NCBI GenBank assembly: GCA_964556925.1
Contig: CAZKXY010000003.1
Span: 1 to 62,258, forward strand
From: an uncultured Planctomycetales bacterium
GTDB lineage: Bacteria; Omnitrophota; Gorgyraeia; Aquiviventales; Aquiviventaceae
Length of the DNA stretch: 62,258 nt
Direction of reading: 5' to 3'
Part shown: positions 10,269 to 19,829 of the stretch, piece after piece
Layout of the letters: each line of letters starts with the position of its first letter
Numbering within the stretch: position 1 is the first letter of the stretch
Notes under the pieces: model-generated
What the model was told of the DNA's origin: nothing
What the model saw: only the letters and a program-made list of their open reading frames with translations
The model's database searches: none
Position numbers and translations under genes: made by a program

Positions 10269-12125
10269 TCACAGGATGCCGTCTTCAAGCCAGGCGAACC
10301 GGCCGCCGAGGACCTCCTGGGCCACACCGGTTAATCGCCGGTCCTCATTATCGCCGAGCCGCGTCATGGTCTGCGCGATCCGTCGGCGCGCCAGCCGGCA
10401 GAAGAGGTCGGCCAGGCCCACCGGGCTGGGTTCGGACGGCTGGAGCTGCACCATCGCCTGAGCCTTGGCGCAGGCCGCCGTCATCGCAAAGAGCTCGGCG
10501 CCCACATCGACCAGCCGCCCCAAGAGCTGCTGGCGGACCGCCAGCCGCGTCTGATGGCGCATGGCGCTGTGGAAGAGCGCGCGGGCCAACCGGCGGCTAC
10601 AGCGGTCAATGAACTGCACATGACCTGCCAGGGAGGGGTGCAGCGAGGCATGACGCGGCCACCAGGTCCAGGCGAGCCACTGCCGCGGATACCACCAGGC
10701 ATAGAACCCGAAGGCCGCGAGCGCCGCCCGCAGCTTGCGGGCCGTGGGCTCCGCCGGACTCAGGAGGCGGCCGACAATTCGCATGTGGGCGTCCAGCGCC
10801 TCGCGCGCAATGAACAGGCGCATGATCTGGCTCGTGCCCTCGATGATGAGGTTGATGCGCGCATCGCGCATGATGCGCTCCACCGGCAGGGGCGCCTCGT
10901 GCCTGGCGCGCAGGGAGCCGGCGGTCTCATAGCCCCGCCCGCCGCGGATCTGGAGGGCGTCATCGACAATCCGCCAGCAGGCTTCGGAGCAGAACAGCTT
11001 GGCGATGGCGGCTTCCAGCCGGATGTCCACGGTCTTGCGGTCCACCAGCGCCGAGGCCAGGCCCACCATGGCGTCCATCGCGAAGGTCGTGGCCGCCATC
11101 TCGCCGATCTTCACCGCAATCGCCTCGTGCTTGCCGATCGGCCCGCCCCACTGCTTGCGCTCCTTCGCCCACTGCCGGGTGATCTGCAGGCACCGCTTGG
11201 CCGTGCCGACGCACGCCGACGGGATCGCGATGCGGCCCGCGTTGAGGGTGATGAGCGCCAGCTTCAACCCCATCCCGGCTCCCCAGAGGATGTTCTCCCG
11301 GGGCACCCGGAGATTCGTGAACCGCAGCACGCCGTTCTGGATACCCTTCAGCCCCATGAACTCGCATCGATGGACGACCTCGAACCCCGGCATCGAGCGC
11401 TCCACGATGAAGGCGGTGATCTGCTTCCGCTCCTTGCCGCCCACGGTGACCGACGGGGTCCTGGCCATCACGACGACGATGTCCGCCACCGGACCATTGG
11501 TGCACCAGAGTTTCTCGCCGCTCAAGACGTACGAGTCCCCTCCGTCAGCCGGCGTGGCGGTCGTCTGCATGTTGGCGGGGTCCGAGCCGACGCCAGGCTC
11601 GGTCAGCGCAAACGCCGAGATGGTCCCGCGGGCCAGGCGGGGCAGGTACTTCCGCTTCTGCTCGTCGGTGCCGAAGAGCATCAGCGGCTGCGGCGCGCCG
11701 ATGCTCTGGTGCGCGCTGAGCCATACCGTGGTGGACCCGCAATAGCTGCCCAGCAGGGCGATGGCGCGGTTGTAGTTGGTCTGTGAGAGGCCAAGCCCCC
11801 CGTAGGCCTTCGGGATTTTCATGCCGAAGCAGCCCAAGCGGGCGAGGCCCTCGATGACGCCGGCCGGAAGCTCCCCGGTCCGGTCGATCGCATCCGGATC
11901 CACGGAGGCTTTGAGAAACGCGCCCAGCTGCGCCAGGAACTCATCGCCGATCCGGCGGTCCTCCTCGCTCTGCTCGGGATAGGGGAAGACGAGGTCCGTG
12001 CGCAGCCGCCCCATGAACAGGTCGGCCACGAGGCTGGGGTAGCGCCACTCCGCCTCGCGGGCGGCCTCCGTTACCTCCAGCGCCTCAGGCGAGCCTTTGC
12101 CCAGCAGCGGATCGGCGGCGCTCAT
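10269..12125 (-). CDS. Acyl-CoA dehydrogenase (long, VLCAD-like)
   Basis: FALTEPGVGSD, GEKLWCTNG, RGGRGYE, RINLIIEGT. Confidence 0.93.
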   Translation of the reverse strand: MSAADPLLGKGSPEALEVTEAAREAEWRYPSLVADLFMGRLRTDLVFPYPEQSEEDRRIGDEFLAQLGAFLKASVDPDAIDRTGELPAGVIEGLARLGCFGMKIPKAYGGLGLSQTNYNRAIALLGSYCGSTTVWLSAHQSIGAPQPLMLFGTDEQKRKYLPRLARGTISAFALTEPGVGSDPANMQTTATPADGGDSYVLSGEKLWCTNGPVADIVVVMARTPSVTVGGKERKQITAFIVERSMPGFEVVHRCEFMGLKGIQNGVLRFTNLRVPRENILWGAGMGLKLALITLNAGRIAIPSACVGTAKRCLQITRQWAKERKQWGGPIGKHEAIAVKIGEMAATTFAMDAMVGLASALVDRKTVDIRLEAAIAKLFCSEACWRIVDDALQIRGGRGYETAGSLRARHEAPLPVERIMRDARINLIIEGTSQIMRLFIAREALDAHMRIVGRLLSPAEPTARKLRAALAAFGFYAWWYPRQWLAWTWWPRHASLHPSLAGHVQFIDRCSRRLARALFHSAMRHQTRLAVRQQLLGRLVDVGAELFAMTAACAKAQAMVQLQPSEPSPVGLADLFCRLARRRIAQTMTRLGDNEDRRLTGVAQEVLGGRFAWLEDGIL

Positions 12126-12253
12126 CCCACACCCTGCCGGCGTCCGCCGGAGGCGAACGGCCAGCCCCCACAGTTGCCCGCTGCGCCGCTGGCCCGGCGG
12201 CGCCTCGACAGCGGCGTGCGGCAGACGCCGCCTCCGGCAGGTGGTGGGGTCAT
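12122..12253. repeat. Family A element A3 (124 bp between two ATGA)
   Basis: ATGA-CCCCACCACCTGCCGG...GCAGGGTGTGGG-ATGA; spans dehydrogenase stop to ACAD start. Confidence 0.9.
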
Positions 12254-13263
12254 CGAACCGCGGCCACCACGTTGACCGGGGATCCGGCCAGGAAACCCGT
12301 GATGTTCGTCACAGTCGTCTCCAGGATCCGCTGGAGCGCCTCCCTGCTGTCGAACGCGATGTGCGGCGTGATGACGACGTTCTCCCGATGGAGCAGGATG
12401 TGGTTCTTCAGCGCGGTCGCGAGCTTGTCCTTGGGGAAATCCTTGGAGAGCAGCTGGCGCTCCTCCTTGACAAGCTCCTCCCCTTCCAGCACATCCAGGC
12501 CGGCGCCCCCAAGCATCCCTTCATCCAGCGCCCACACCAGCGCATCGGTGTCCACCAAGCCGCCGCGGGCCGTGTTGATGAACAGCGCCCCCCGCTTCAT
12601 GAGGCGGAAGGCGGCCCGGCTCATCAGATGGTGCGTGGCGGGGGTGTACGGGACGTGGAGGCTGACGATGTCCGAGCGCCGCAGGAGCGTCTCGAGCGGC
12701 ACGTACCGGAAGTCCAGGACCTCGCTCAGGAAGACGTTTTTCCTGACGTCGTGCACCAGGACGGCCATCCCAAATCCCTTGGCCATCTTGATCACGTGCA
12801 GGCCGATGTGCCCCCCGCCGACCACCCCGAGGGTTTTGCCCTTCAGGTCAAACCCTTGCAGCCCCGCGAGCGAGAAGTCCCCCTTGATCGTCTTCACGTA
12901 GGCCTTGTGGATATTGCGGGAGAGGGCCAGGATCAGCGCGAAGGTATGCTCGGCGACGGTGTTCTCGCCGTAGGACGGAACGTTGGAGACGACAATCCGG
13001 CGCGTGCGGCAGGCCGAGAGATCGATGTGGTCCACGCCCGTGGACCGGGTCACGAGGCATCGCAGCCGGGGGAGTTTCGCCAGGATCGGTCGGGTCAGCG
13101 TGGAGTAGATGAAGACCGAGAGAATCTCCGCCTGGGCCGCCGGACGAACGGTCTCGTCGGTGAGCGGAGCAGGAATCAGCCGGAGATGGGAGGTGTGCGG
13201 GGCGAGCGCCCGGGCCAGGTACCGGCGCTCCCAGGGCGCCGTTTCGAAACAGACGACCTTCAT
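12250..13263 (-). CDS. D-isomer-specific 2-hydroxyacid dehydrogenase (D-lactate dehydrogenase-like)
   Basis: TRSTGVDHID, GVVGGGHIG, INTARGGLVD, GLDVLE, TPHIAF. Confidence 0.92.
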   Translation of the reverse strand: MKVVCFETAPWERRYLARALAPHTSHLRLIPAPLTDETVRPAAQAEILSVFIYSTLTRPILAKLPRLRCLVTRSTGVDHIDLSACRTRRIVVSNVPSYGENTVAEHTFALILALSRNIHKAYVKTIKGDFSLAGLQGFDLKGKTLGVVGGGHIGLHVIKMAKGFGMAVLVHDVRKNVFLSEVLDFRYVPLETLLRRSDIVSLHVPYTPATHHLMSRAAFRLMKRGALFINTARGGLVDTDALVWALDEGMLGGAGLDVLEGEELVKEERQLLSKDFPKDKLATALKNHILLHRENVVITPHIAFDSREALQRILETTVTNITGFLAGSPVNVVAAVR

Positions 13264-13403
13264 CCCACACCCTGCCGCCGCCCCGCCCCGCCAAGGGCGG
13301 GGCGGGGCGGCCAGCCCTCATGGATGTCCGCTGCGCCGCTGGCCCGGCGGCGCCTCGAACGCTGGGTGAGGCACGCGCCGCCTGCGGCAGGGTGTGGGGT
13401 CAT
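13260..13403. repeat. Family A element A4 (136 bp between two ATGA)
   Basis: ATGA-CCCCACACCCTGCCGC...GCAGGGTGTGGG-ATGA; upstream gene stops about 12 nt earlier. Confidence 0.9.
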
Positions 13404-13414
13404 GCCAGCGACCG

Positions 13415-14206
13415 TCAGCGGTCCGTGAAGCGCGGCTGCCGCTTCTCCAGGAAGGCCTTCACTCCCTCCTTGCTGTCCTCCGAGGCGGCGACCACCCCGA
13501 AGGCCTCGGCCTCTTTGATCAGACCCTGCTCAAGGGAACCCTGCAGGCCTTCCTCAATCGCCGCGAGCGCTTGCCGGACGGCCACGGCGCTTTTCGAGGC
13601 GATCTTCCGGGCCAGGTCTCTCGCGGCCTTGAGCACCTGATCCTGCGGCACCACCTGATTCACCAGGCCCAGCCGGAGCGCCTCCTGGGCCTGCACCATC
13701 TCGCCGGTGAGGATCCACTCGGTCGCCTTGCTCTTCCCGATGAGGCGAGGGAGCCGCTGCGTGCCGCCCCAGCCTGGGATGATGCCGAGGTTGACTTCCG
13801 GCTGGCCGAACCGGGCGCGGTCCCCGCTGATGCGCAGGTGACAGGCCATCGCCAGCTCCAATCCGCCGCCGAGGCACACGCCGTTGATGGCCGCAAGGAC
13901 CGGCTTCGGCAGCCGTTGAATCTTCAGGAACACCGCCTGCCCCAGGGCCGCCAGCGCTTTGGCCGCGTCGGCCGTGCCGAGCTTCCCGATGGCGTTCAGG
14001 TCCGCGCCGGCGACAAACGCCAGCGAGCCGGCGCCGGTCAGCACGACGACCTTCACGTCGGCCTCGTCGCGGATGGCGTCTACGACCTGGCCGAGCTCCT
14101 GCAACGTCTGCTGATCGAGCGCGTTGACCGGCCGGTGGTCAATAGTGACGACCGCCACCCGCTCCTCAACGCTCACCGTCACCCGCTCACCCGAAACGAG
14201 GGCCAT
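13415..14206 (-). CDS. Enoyl-CoA hydratase (crotonase family); start approximate
   Basis: FVAGAD, GGGLELAMAC, GQPEVNLGIIPGWGGTQRL; ORF-track extension to 14314 is repeat sequence. Confidence 0.9.
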   Translation of the reverse strand: MALVSGERVTVSVEERVAVVTIDHRPVNALDQQTLQELGQVVDAIRDEADVKVVVLTGAGSLAFVAGADLNAIGKLGTADAAKALAALGQAVFLKIQRLPKPVLAAINGVCLGGGLELAMACHLRISGDRARFGQPEVNLGIIPGWGGTQRLPRLIGKSKATEWILTGEMVQAQEALRLGLVNQVVPQDQVLKAARDLARKIASKSAVAVRQALAAIEEGLQGSLEQGLIKEAEAFGVVAASEDSKEGVKAFLEKRQPRFTDR

Positions 14207-14222
14207 CAGCTCATCAGCGCAA

Positions 14223-14319
14223 CAGCCGGACCGCTTCTCTTTTCCCATAGTCGATCGACCTGCCTGCCGGCAGGCAGGTAGGAAAAGAGAAACGGTCCGC
14301 GTTTTCCGAATCATGCGGG
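14223..14319. repeat. Family E hairpin element E1 with a nested 22-bp palindrome (14258-14279)
   Basis: GGACCGCTTCTCTTTTCC...GGAAAAGAGAAACGGTCC-GCGTTTTCCGAATCATGC; near-copies in opposite orientation at 47599 and 56493. Confidence 0.8.
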
Positions 14320-14377
14320 TTTAAAAAATGGTCCGATACCCAGAAGAAACGCGGCGAGTCGCGCACCGAAACATCCA

Positions 14378-15595
14378 TTACGGATACTCAAAAAAACCGC
14401 GTTTGGCCGGCTTGCCGAGATGGCCGGCGGCGACCTTCCGCTTCAGCAGCGGTGCTGGCCAGAACCGTTCGCCATGCGTCTTCGTGAACCGCTCGAGCTC
14501 AGCCAACACGGTCTGCAAGCCGATCTCGTCCGCGTAATGGAGGATGCCGCCCTTCGACTGCGGGAACCCCAGCCCGGCAATGACGGCCAAGTCCACGTCG
14601 GCGGCGGTGCAGACATGCTCTTCCAGGCAGCGAATCGCCTCGTTGACCATGGGCAGCACGAGCCGATGGACCGAGAACTCGGTCGACGGCTTCGAGCCGC
14701 GCAGCTCCCGGAGGGCCGTGTCCAGTTCCTGGTCCGGCTGCCCGGCCCGGTCGCCGTAGAGGTAGAACCCCGCCCCCGATTTGGCGCCGTAGCGTTTCAA
14801 CGCATAGAGGCGATCCCAGATGGGGGCGGGCTGCATGCGCGAGCCGTAGGCATCCAGCAGGATGTTGACCACCTCCCGGCAGATGTCGAAGCCCAAGTTG
14901 TCGACGAGCGTAAACGGCCCCATCGGAAAGCCAAACTCCACCATCGCGTCGTCGATCTGCCTGGCGCTCGCCGCCCCTTCCTGGGCGCAGTAGGCCGCTT
15001 CATTCAGATACGGCATGAGGATGCGGTTGACCAGAAACCCGGGGCATTCGTTGACGCGCACCGGCAGCTTCCGCAGGCTCTCCGTGAAGGCGATGATGTC
15101 GCCTGTGGTCTCCTCCGACGTCTCCAGGCCTGGGATGACCTCGACGAGCTTCATGATGTGCGCGGGGTAGAAGAAGTGCATCCCGACGGCCTTGTGGGGG
15201 CGTTTCGTCACGCCGCCCAGCGCCGAGATCGACAGCGAGGAGGTATTCGTGGCGAGGATGGCGGACGCCTGGACGCGCTGGTCGAGGTCCCGGAAGATCT
15301 GCTGCTTCAGCTCCAGCCTCTCAGGCACCGCCTCGATGACGAGGTCCACGTCCTTGAACCCGTTGTAGTCGGTCACCCCGGTGACGAGCGTCATCTTGTT
15401 GTCCAGCTCGCCCTGGGTCATCTTGCCCCGATCGACGCGGCGCTGGTAGATCTTCCGGATCACGTCCAGTCCTCGGTTGACCCGCTCGTGATCCACATCT
15501 TTGAGGAGGACCGGCACGCCGCTGAAGCTGATCGCCTGGGCGATCTCAGCCCCCATCGCCCCTGCCCCAACGACCCCGGTTTTATAGATATACAT
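14378..15595 (-). CDS. 3-hydroxyacyl-CoA dehydrogenase (no fused hydratase domain)
   Basis: GAGAMG, IEAVPE, NTSSL, GMHFF, PGFLVNR, duplicated C-terminal domain. Confidence 0.92.
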   Translation of the reverse strand: MYIYKTGVVGAGAMGAEIAQAISFSGVPVLLKDVDHERVNRGLDVIRKIYQRRVDRGKMTQGELDNKMTLVTGVTDYNGFKDVDLVIEAVPERLELKQQIFRDLDQRVQASAILATNTSSLSISALGGVTKRPHKAVGMHFFYPAHIMKLVEVIPGLETSEETTGDIIAFTESLRKLPVRVNECPGFLVNRILMPYLNEAAYCAQEGAASARQIDDAMVEFGFPMGPFTLVDNLGFDICREVVNILLDAYGSRMQPAPIWDRLYALKRYGAKSGAGFYLYGDRAGQPDQELDTALRELRGSKPSTEFSVHRLVLPMVNEAIRCLEEHVCTAADVDLAVIAGLGFPQSKGGILHYADEIGLQTVLAELERFTKTHGERFWPAPLLKRKVAAGHLGKPAKRGFFEYP

Positions 15596-15606
15596 CCACC
15601 CTCACC

Positions 15607-15648
15607 GGTGTCAGACACCTTTCAAAGCGGGAAAGGTGTCTGACACCT
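15607..15648. repeat. Family C double palindrome C1
   Basis: GGTGTCAGACACCT-TTCAAAGCGGGAA-AGGTGTCTGACACCT. Confidence 0.9.
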
Positions 15649-15652
15649 CTTG

Positions 15653-16846
15653 TTAGCGCTCGAAGATGATCGTGGCGCCTTGGCCGCCGCCCACGCAGGC
15701 GCTGGCCACGCCGATGGTCACGTTGCGCCGCTTCATCTCATGCAGCAGCGTGACGGCGATGCGGGTCCCGCTGGCGCCCACCGGATGCCCCAGCGCGATG
15801 GCCCCGCCGTTGACGTTCGTGACCTCCCGGTTGAACTTCAGCACCCGCTCACACGCGAGGAAGGTGGCGGCAAACGCCTCGTTGAGCTCGAAGAGCTGGA
15901 CGTCCTTGAGCGCCACCCCCGCCTTCTTGAGCGCCATCGGGATGCTCAGGGTCGGTCCCAGGCCCATCCGCTGCGGCTCCACCCCGGCGAACGCATAGGC
16001 GCGGATCTTCGCAAGCGGCGTGTAGCCCAGCGCCTTCGCCCGCTCCGCCGACATCACGAGCACCATCGCCGCCCCATCGGCGTTGAAGCAGCTGTTGCCG
16101 GAGGTCACGGAGCCGCCTTCCTTGAACACCGGCGGGTACTGGCTGAGGAGCTGTTCGTTGAGCCCCGCGTTGATGCCTTCATCCTGCGTGAACGGTTCCG
16201 CCGGCAGCTCGCGCCCCATCGACCGCTTGGGCACCATGATCGTCACCAGCTCGTCCTTGAACCGCTGCTCCCGGGCGGCCCGGAAGGCGCGCTGGTGTGA
16301 CAGCAGCGCGAACTGATCCTGCTCGGCCCGGCTGATCGAAAATTCCGCCACGAGGTTCTCCGCAGTCTGGCCCATGATCTGCCCGCAGACCGGATCGGTG
16401 AGCCCTTCCCAGACGGTATCGATCATCTCGGAATGCCGCAGCCGCTTGCCCCACCGCAGGTCGCGGCTGACATAGGGGGAGGCGCTCATGCACTCCGTCC
16501 CGCCAGCGATCTGCACGTCGCGGTCGCCACAGAGGATGTTCTGGCAGGCGCTGACGATCGCCTGCAGGCCTGAGGCGCAGTTGCGCTGCACGGTATACCC
16601 CGGCACGGTCGTGGGGATCCCCGCGCGCAACGCGATGACCCGCGCGATGTTCGGCGCGTCCGAGCCCTGCCCCACGCATCCGACAATGACCTCCTCCACC
16701 TGCTCCGGCTTCAGGGCGGTTCGGCGCAGGAGCTCCCTGACGGCCACCTCACCTAACCCCTGGGCGGTCAACTGCTTCAGCGCCCCGCCGAACACCCCCT
16801 GCGGGGTCCGGATGCCCTCCACAATGACGATGTCACGCGCCATCAT
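15653..16846 (-). CDS. fadA: Acetyl-CoA acyltransferase (thiolase)
   Basis: VQRNCASG, ELNEAFA, GGAIALGHPVGASG, CVGGGQG. Confidence 0.92.
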   Translation of the reverse strand: MMARDIVIVEGIRTPQGVFGGALKQLTAQGLGEVAVRELLRRTALKPEQVEEVIVGCVGQGSDAPNIARVIALRAGIPTTVPGYTVQRNCASGLQAIVSACQNILCGDRDVQIAGGTECMSASPYVSRDLRWGKRLRHSEMIDTVWEGLTDPVCGQIMGQTAENLVAEFSISRAEQDQFALLSHQRAFRAAREQRFKDELVTIMVPKRSMGRELPAEPFTQDEGINAGLNEQLLSQYPPVFKEGGSVTSGNSCFNADGAAMVLVMSAERAKALGYTPLAKIRAYAFAGVEPQRMGLGPTLSIPMALKKAGVALKDVQLFELNEAFAATFLACERVLKFNREVTNVNGGAIALGHPVGASGTRIAVTLLHEMKRRNVTIGVASACVGGGQGATIIFER

Positions 16847-16868
16847 GCCTCATCACGGATACGCTTTC

Positions 16869-16897
16869 ATCCTACCGGCCAGCTCAGGGGTTGTCAA
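16869..16897 (-). promoter_or_regulatory. Near-consensus sigma70 promoter for thiolase/beta-oxidation operon
   Basis: TTGACA (16897-16892), 17 bp, TAGGAT (16874-16869); the -35 overlaps the patatin stop codon. Confidence 0.75.
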
Positions 16898-19104
16898 CGC
16901 GGCGAACCCGCGCGATCTAGAACCCGCGCGATCCGCCTCAGCTCCGGCAGGTACTGGAGGGCGACCTCTTCCCCGCGCCGGATAAACTTCTCCGGATTGA
17001 AGAACTCCAGCCAGTGCGACCCGGGGACGGTGGGCCGCAGCGTCAGGTCGGCCTCCCGGCAGGCGACCTCCGCGATCTGGTGCTCCATCGACTGCATCGA
17101 GCGCATGATGACATCGAACACCAGGGGCGAGACCGAGCGCACCAGCTCCTGGCGCAGGCGGTACAGCAGCCGGGCCGGCAGCCGCTTGGACGCCAGGAGT
17201 TGTTCCCGCTCGGCGCGCCGGCGCAACAGATCTTGGCGCCAGGCCGTCAGCTCCGGCGTCGTGGGAAAGACATTCACCGCAATGACCCGGTGGGCCCCGG
17301 CGCGCTTCAGCACCGTCACGGGGATCGGATTGACGACCCCGCCATCCAGGCAGACTTTGCCCTTCAGGATCACCGGCTTGAAGATGCCCGGGATGGACAC
17401 GGATGCGCGGACGGCGGGCGCGATCGGGCCGGAATCGAAGATGACTTCTTCCCGGGCGATCGGGTTGGCCGCGACGATCTTGAGCGGCAGCCGCGTCTCT
17501 TCGAACCGCTTGCCGGCAAAGTCCTTCTCCAGCTTGGCCATGAGGCGCGCCCCCTGGATCGGCCCGCCCGCCAGCGGGCCGAGCACCACGCCCAACGCGA
17601 TGGAGACCATGAAGCCGAACAACAGCCCGGTCCAGAACCCGGCGAGCCACCCGACCAGGGTCCCCGCCGCAGCACCGACCATCACGCTGAACAGGGGGAT
17701 GCCGAGATCCAGCAGAAACAGCTGGCGGATATCCCAAGGATTCTTGAACTCCAGCGCCAGCCGCTCCAGCTCATCAGCGGAGCGGCCGGACGCCCACAGG
17801 CCGGCGACCAGGGCGCCGATGCTGGACCCCGCGACGATATCCACGGGGATGCGTTCCCGCTCCAGCACTTTGAGCACGCCGATGTGGGCCAGCCCCAAGG
17901 CCGCGCCGGAGCCCAAGGCCAGCCCGACCAGCAAGCCGCCCAGCTCGCGGGCGACGTGCCGCACCGAGGCGAGGTACGCCGAGGTGCCGCTCTTCAACAG
18001 CACGGCCAGATCGTCCGGATCGAAGGGCTGCCCCTCCGCCGCCGCGTGAGGGAGCGTGAACGCAATCGGATGCCTGAGCTGCTGCTCCAGGTCGGCCGTG
18101 CTGACCGCGGCCTCCGGTTGCTGGCGCATGTTCAGGACCATCTTGACGCGCTGTTCGACCGGCCCCATCGAGGCCTGCAGCTGCTGCAACAGCGCCGTGG
18201 TCCGCACCAGATTCGCCGGCTCCAGATCCGTCAGGAGGTAGATGAGATCGGACTGGGTCAGGGCCTTCAGCACCTGGGCGTTCAGCTCCACCGGCAGGTC
18301 GATCAGGATGTAATGGAACCGCTTGGTCAGGAAGCTCAAGAGCGGGGCGATGGCCTGCTCGCCTTTCGCGCTCGCCAGGAGCGCCGCGCCCGACAACACG
18401 CTGAACCCCAGCGGATGCGTGGAGAGCGCGGTGTCGATGAGCTCGTCGGAGGCGGTCCCCAAGAAGGTCCGTCCGGCGGCGCGCGCGCCGGCCGGGCCAT
18501 AGAGCCAGGACCGGGTCTCGGGGCCGCCGCTGAAATCCAGGATGACGACGTCCTGCGCGGTCTCGCGCCTCAGCATGGCGGCCAGGGCGACGGCGAAACA
18601 CGTGCGCCCCACGCCCTTCGCCGCGCTGTAGATCGCGGCGATCGTCGCCTCGGAGAATTCGGCCCACGGCTCCCGGTTGCGCAGCCGCTTGGACAAGAGC
18701 CGGCTGAGGTAGAGGACGAGCGACGGGATCCGGTTGATGACCTCCTCGAAGTCCTTCTTCTCCAACCGCAGCAACAGCGAGTCGTTGATCGCCTGCGCGC
18801 TGGCGGAATGCGTTTCGCCGATCAGCAGGGAGATCTCGCCGAAGGAGTCGCCGTTGTGCAGCACCGTGAGCGTCTTCTCCTGGCCATCCACGATGGCGAA
18901 GAGGCGCAGCCGGCCAGAGCTGACCATGTAGAACGCATCAGCCGGATTCCCCTCCTGGTAGATGAACTCGCCTTTCTTGTATTCGACGAGCCGCGTCTTC
19001 TCCGCGATCAGCTCGAGCTGCTCCTCGGTGCAGGAGGCGAAGACCGGGACGCGCTTGAGGATCGCTGCCTTGTCTTGGGAGCGGGACGCCTCGAAGGCCG
19101 CCAT
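16894..19104 (-). CDS. cNMP-binding + ParA/MinD-like + patatin phospholipase fusion
   Basis: cNMP domain (GDSFGEISL..HSASAQA), Walker-A-like SAAKGVGRT, patatin GSGAALG, GSSIG and DGG; internal hydrophobic hairpin. Confidence 0.88.
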   Translation of the reverse strand: MAAFEASRSQDKAAILKRVPVFASCTEEQLELIAEKTRLVEYKKGEFIYQEGNPADAFYMVSSGRLRLFAIVDGQEKTLTVLHNGDSFGEISLLIGETHSASAQAINDSLLLRLEKKDFEEVINRIPSLVLYLSRLLSKRLRNREPWAEFSEATIAAIYSAAKGVGRTCFAVALAAMLRRETAQDVVILDFSGGPETRSWLYGPAGARAAGRTFLGTASDELIDTALSTHPLGFSVLSGAALLASAKGEQAIAPLLSFLTKRFHYILIDLPVELNAQVLKALTQSDLIYLLTDLEPANLVRTTALLQQLQASMGPVEQRVKMVLNMRQQPEAAVSTADLEQQLRHPIAFTLPHAAAEGQPFDPDDLAVLLKSGTSAYLASVRHVARELGGLLVGLALGSGAALGLAHIGVLKVLERERIPVDIVAGSSIGALVAGLWASGRSADELERLALEFKNPWDIRQLFLLDLGIPLFSVMVGAAAGTLVGWLAGFWTGLLFGFMVSIALGVVLGPLAGGPIQGARLMAKLEKDFAGKRFEETRLPLKIVAANPIAREEVIFDSGPIAPAVRASVSIPGIFKPVILKGKVCLDGGVVNPIPVTVLKRAGAHRVIAVNVFPTTPELTAWRQDLLRRRAEREQLLASKRLPARLLYRLRQELVRSVSPLVFDVIMRSMQSMEHQIAEVACREADLTLRPTVPGSHWLEFFNPEKFIRRGEEVALQYLPELRRIARVLDRAGSPR

Positions 19105-19829
19105 CACCGAAGGCCCAACCGTCGGGTGAGCCTCGCCGGGTCGTTCGTGAAGATCCCATCGGCGCCCCAACGGATCAGCCGGCGCGCCAGGCGGATGTCC
19201 TCGACGGTCCACACGTGCACCGCCAGGCCGGCCGCGTGCGCCCGGCGGACGCGCGCCGGCGTCACCACGGTGTGCACGGCATGCCAGGCGCGGCAGCCCA
19301 GCCGAACCGCCCGGGCGAGCGACCGGTCCGGATCCGCGCGGCACAGCAGGGCGATCGGCAGGCCGGCCTGCCGCAGCGGCGGAAGCAGCCGGGGGTCAAA
19401 CGAGGAGCACAACAGCCGGCGCCGAGCACCCGACCGGCGGATCAGGCGCACCAGCCGCCTCACCAGCGCCGTGCGGTGCGGGGTGCGCTTCAGCTCCAGG
19501 TTGAGCCGCACATGCGAGGGAACTCGTCGGAAGACCTGTGAGACCAGCAGGATCCGCTGGCCAGCAAAGCGGGGGCGAAACCACCGGCCGGCATCCAGCC
19601 GCGCGATCTGTGCATACCGCATCTGCGTCAGGCGACCTCGGCCGTCGGTGGTGCGCTCCAGCCGGTCATCGTGGAAGACCACCAGACGGCCATCTCGGGT
19701 CATCTGGACATCCAGCTCGATCATCGGGACCCTCGCCCGGACCGCCGCCCGGAGGGCCGCCTCGGTGCTTTCAGGCGCCACGGCGGAGGCACCGCGGTGC
19801 GCGATCACCAGGACGCGACGCGCGCTCAT
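19104..19829 (-). CDS. Glycerophosphodiester phosphodiesterase
   Basis: IAHRGAS, ELDVQMTRDG..VVFHD, NLELK, GIFTND. Confidence 0.92.
   Translation of the reverse strand: MSARRVLVIAHRGASAVAPESTEAALRAAVRARVPMIELDVQMTRDGRLVVFHDDRLERTTDGRGRLTQMRYAQIARLDAGRWFRPRFAGQRILLVSQVFRRVPSHVRLNLELKRTPHRTALVRRLVRLIRRSGARRRLLCSSFDPRLLPPLRQAGLPIALLCRADPDRSLARAVRLGCRAWHAVHTVVTPARVRRAHAAGLAVHVWTVEDIRLARRLIRWGADGIFTNDPARLTRRLGLR

Noticed and set aside
16894-19104. Patatin as a CBASS/antiphage effector
   Set aside because: No nucleotidyltransferase/cyclase or other defence genes nearby; neighbours are lipid-catabolic.
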